Assembly: GCA_002791295.1 (NCBI GenBank)
Contig: PFWU01000049.1
Location: 47,350 to 111,349, forward strand
Source of the DNA: Candidatus Uhrbacteria bacterium CG_4_9_14_3_um_filter_50_9
GTDB lineage: Bacteria; Patescibacteriota; Patescibacteriia; UBA9934; GWF2-40-263
Reading direction: 5' to 3'
Length of the DNA: 64,000 nucleotides
Positions 61,458 to 64,000 of this stretch are shown piece after piece. Each line of letters opens with the position of its first letter. The first letter of the stretch is position 1. The notes under the pieces are model-generated. The model did no database searches. It was not told the origin of the DNA and was given only the letters and a program-made list of their open reading frames with translations. A program made the position numbers and the translations under genes.

Positions 61458-62498
61458 ATGAAGCCAAACACTATGTCTCACACCATTGCCGAGTACATTT
61501 GGATCGACGGGCATGAGCCGACCAAGGGTCTTCGTTCAAAAGCAAAGATCATCACAGGTCCGGTGAATCGACTGGAGGATTTGCCCGATTGGGGCTTCGA
61601 TGGTTCAAGTACTGAGCAGGCAGAGGGACATGCGAGTGATTGCAGACTTAAGCCGGTTCGGTTTGTGCGCGATCCTTTTCGTGGAGGTGATCATGTGCTC
61701 GTGATGTGTGAGGTGTTTACAGAAGATGGGCGAGTGCATCCGTCGAATACCCGTGCACGTCTTCGTGAGGTGTCGAGTGCCTATGCCGATCACGAACCGT
61801 GGTTTGGGATTGAGCAGGAGTACACGCTTTTTCAAGATGGTCGGCCGCTTGGGTGGCCAGAGCACGGATATCCAGGGCCACAGGGTCCGTACTACTGTGC
61901 CGTGGGAGCGAGGAATATTTATGGACGTGAACTTGTTGAAGCACATCTGCAAGCGTGTCTTGATGCAGGTCTACGGATCGCTGGCATTAACGCCGAAGTC
62001 ATGCCATCTCAGTGGGAGTTTCAGGTTGGACCTCTTGGACCATTGGATGCAGGGGATGAGCTCTGGCTTGCTCGATGGATGTTGCACCGATTGGGAGAGG
62101 AACTTGATATCGAGGTGTCGCTCAGTCCTAAGCCGGTGAAAGGGGACTGGAATGGGGCAGGAGCACACACAAACTTTTCTACAAAGGCCATGCGTGCACC
62201 TGGCGGGATTCGCGTGATTGAGGAAGCCTGCCAAAAACTTGGTCGTACTCATGAGGCGCACATCAAGGCGTATGGGTATCGGAATGGCGATCGGCTTACG
62301 GGGAAGCATGAAACGTGTGACATCCACACCTTCCGATATGGGGCAAGCGACCGTGGGGCCTCTATTCGCATTCCAATCGCAACCACGGATGCTCAAGCTG
62401 GATACCTTGAAGACCGTCGGCCAGCAGCAAACATGGATCCGTACTTGGTTGCCCGTGCCATCATTGAAACAACGTGCGGGAACGGGTTTATTGCTTAA
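61458..62498 (+). CDS. Glutamine synthetase type II (eukaryote-like GSII)
   Basis: 346 aa. EYIWIDG, GIEQEYTLF, NAEVMPSQWEFQVGP, and KPVKGDWNGAGAHTNFS, all typical of GSII. Confidence 0.8.
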   Translation: MKPNTMSHTIAEYIWIDGHEPTKGLRSKAKIITGPVNRLEDLPDWGFDGSSTEQAEGHASDCRLKPVRFVRDPFRGGDHVLVMCEVFTEDGRVHPSNTRARLREVSSAYADHEPWFGIEQEYTLFQDGRPLGWPEHGYPGPQGPYYCAVGARNIYGRELVEAHLQACLDAGLRIAGINAEVMPSQWEFQVGPLGPLDAGDELWLARWMLHRLGEELDIEVSLSPKPVKGDWNGAGAHTNFSTKAMRAPGGIRVIEEACQKLGRTHEAHIKAYGYRNGDRLTGKHETCDIHTFRYGASDRGASIRIPIATTDAQAGYLEDRRPAANMDPYLVARAIIETTCGNGFIA

Positions 62499-62503
62499 TT
62501 TGA

Positions 62504-62551
62504 AAAGGCTCCCGACTTCCAACCCTGAGTGGGAAGGAAGCGGGAGCCTTT
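62504..62551. terminator. Long terminator-like hairpin between convergent genes
   Basis: aaaggctcccg ... cgggagccttt (11-bp stem) with an inner cttcc/ggaag helix. Weak U-run. Confidence 0.4.
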
Positions 62552-62592
62552 GCGTTGTCCTGAGTCTGTCAGGACGCTTGGGACGGCTGAGT

Positions 62593-63906
62593 TCAGGTCA
62601 TCTCGACGAAGCCGAGGGGGTCGATGATCGCACGGATCGTCTCCATGATCTCGGGTTCGATGCCGTCGATCTCGGGGAAGAATCCACCCACGGCGCCGAT
62701 GGGGGTCTGGCGCAGGATCTGGTTGGGCCAGATCATCAGGCGGTAGAGTGCAGGTTCGCGCCTCGGGTCCACCGTGATCTGGCGGTGCACGGCGATGAAG
62801 CCGGCCCAGTACTGGCCATTCCCCTCACCACCCCGAGACCAGAAGCTGGTCGCAATGGTCAGTCGACCATCGAAGAGCCTCAGGATGCGGAAGTCGTCGT
62901 GGTAGACGAAGCTGCCGGTGTCGTTGAGCTCCTGTGCCGGAGCCCAGTCGTCGTGACCGGTCAGGGTCTCGACCCAGCACTCGAAGGCGGATCTGGCTCG
63001 ATCCATTTGATACCGACCACGGCGGTCCATCCGCTCATGGATTTCGATCCGCTTCTCTCGGCCTAGGCTCTGGTTCACCAGGCTGACCCACTCTCCCGGT
63101 GTCCGCTCGCTCGGGATGAAACCTCGCAGTTCCCGGATCTCGTCGATTGGCTTGACTGGCAGAAGCCCGTAGCAGGTGTAGGGCTCGGGCTGCTGGGTGC
63201 GAATCTCGAATGAGGGTGTCGGCGTTTCTTGTTCACCCGGGATGAACCCGAAGCGGGAGAGGATAAGGATGTCGCGGGCCCAGGCCATGGGGATGAAGAT
63301 CTTATCTATTGGCCACTTCTTGAGGTCTATGTTCCTCTGGAGCACCTTCCAGTCGGTCGTATCATAGCCCCACTGAGTTGCACCCGAGCAGTCGCCGTCC
63401 TTGGGAACGGTTTCGTAGATGCGGAAGCGGCCGGCCGCCGACCAGATGGCGGCGTTGGGCTCGTAGTAGCTGGACGGGGAGACCGGCGCAAAGGCACGCA
63501 GACACTTGATCGGTTCCATGACGATGGCCGTTGCGACGTCCGTCAGGCGGACGTAGCGGACCGGCTTCTCGCCAATCTTGAGGTTGGTCTCGATACTCTC
63601 GAGATCGACCGGATTGAACGTGCGGAACAGTTCGTCATTGAGTGCCTGTTGGGCGACCCGTACGCAGTCGCGCCGGTAGCCGCTTTGGCTTGGGTACTGC
63701 TGGTCGTCGGCGATGCAGATAGCTGCGAAGGGCTTGTCGCATACGAGCAGGAGGTCGACTGTGTTGGACCAGGCGTGCGACTCCCGCCTGTGCATGTCGC
63801 TGATCTGGTGGACCATCACCTCTTCCTGGGTGACACCTAGTACACGGATGAATCGCGTCACGACCTGGGTGTGTGGGCGCAGTCGTACGTCCGAGTGACC
63901 CTCCAT
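62593..63906 (-). CDS. Hypothetical protein encoded in a high-GC (~63 %) segment running to the window end
   Basis: 437-aa ORF. The GC-rich region continues past 63990, so the island and possibly further genes extend beyond the window. The start is uncertain. The plus-strand ORFs 63229..63840 and 63713..63898 are judged spurious. Confidence 0.45.
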   Translation of the reverse strand: MEGHSDVRLRPHTQVVTRFIRVLGVTQEEVMVHQISDMHRRESHAWSNTVDLLLVCDKPFAAICIADDQQYPSQSGYRRDCVRVAQQALNDELFRTFNPVDLESIETNLKIGEKPVRYVRLTDVATAIVMEPIKCLRAFAPVSPSSYYEPNAAIWSAAGRFRIYETVPKDGDCSGATQWGYDTTDWKVLQRNIDLKKWPIDKIFIPMAWARDILILSRFGFIPGEQETPTPSFEIRTQQPEPYTCYGLLPVKPIDEIRELRGFIPSERTPGEWVSLVNQSLGREKRIEIHERMDRRGRYQMDRARSAFECWVETLTGHDDWAPAQELNDTGSFVYHDDFRILRLFDGRLTIATSFWSRGGEGNGQYWAGFIAVHRQITVDPRREPALYRLMIWPNQILRQTPIGAVGGFFPEIDGIEPEIMETIRAIIDPLGFVEMT

Positions 63907-64000
63907 GTTGACCCCGACGCGCTTGTCCTCGGGGTGGGTGGTGAGGGAGGCTCAGAGCCCACTTGCCGTCCTCGACGACAATGTTGACTATCTTCCACCC

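Overview
The window is a dense, roughly 47 % GC bacterial chromosome segment with short intergenic spacers and many small membrane or secreted hypothetical proteins. I infer a reduced-genome, CPR/Patescibacteria-like (possibly Saccharibacteria-like episymbiont) organism; that placement is inference, not shown by the sequence.

Housekeeping genes recognisable from motifs: recG, radA, comFC, an ECF sigma factor with a vWA anti-sigma-like partner, clpC-like, htpX, lemA, a PGM/PMM-family mutase, a yafQ-dinJ toxin-antitoxin pair, rseP, pheS, pheT, dnaE, thrS (N-terminally short), miaB, miaA, a NUDIX hydrolase, gatB, a Tmk-like kinase, a ThyA-family enzyme, a DHFR-family protein, a dCMP-deaminase fusion and a type-II glutamine synthetase.

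Accessory content:
- A type-IV-secretion-like module (VirB6/TrbL-like, PrgI/VirB3-like, VirB4-like ATPase, a possible VirB8-like protein) with a promoter-driven, nested-palindromic structured leader.
- A tRNA cluster (tRNA-Ser GCT, tRNA-Ser TGA, tRNA-Arg) in which every tRNA is directly preceded by a roughly 130-nt conserved element whose helices are kept by compensatory base changes. This looks like an unclassified structured RNA family and is the strongest novelty candidate in the window.
- A minus-strand operon with two paralogous secreted cysteine-rich proteins that join a VirB2/TrbC-like two-helix membrane hairpin to peptidoglycan hydrolase domains (M15-like and M23), followed by a thioredoxin/DsbA-like protein, a PD40 beta-propeller protein and a basic membrane protein.
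- Four compositionally foreign high-GC (~62 %) segments: three single-gene islands with sharp CDS-confined boundaries and a fourth running off the window end. Each carries one ORF without a recognisable family. One sits at the tRNA-Arg 3' end between near-duplicate terminators and another lies beside the yafQ-dinJ module.
- A frameshifted GIY-YIG nuclease gene, an ANT(4')/KNTase-like nucleotidyltransferase, a candidate ~130-nt sRNA between a TTGACA promoter and an intrinsic terminator, an attenuator-like thrS leader, a GATTAGC repeat palindrome, and a 12-bp inverted repeat element.

No rRNA, CRISPR array, transposase or integrase was detected.
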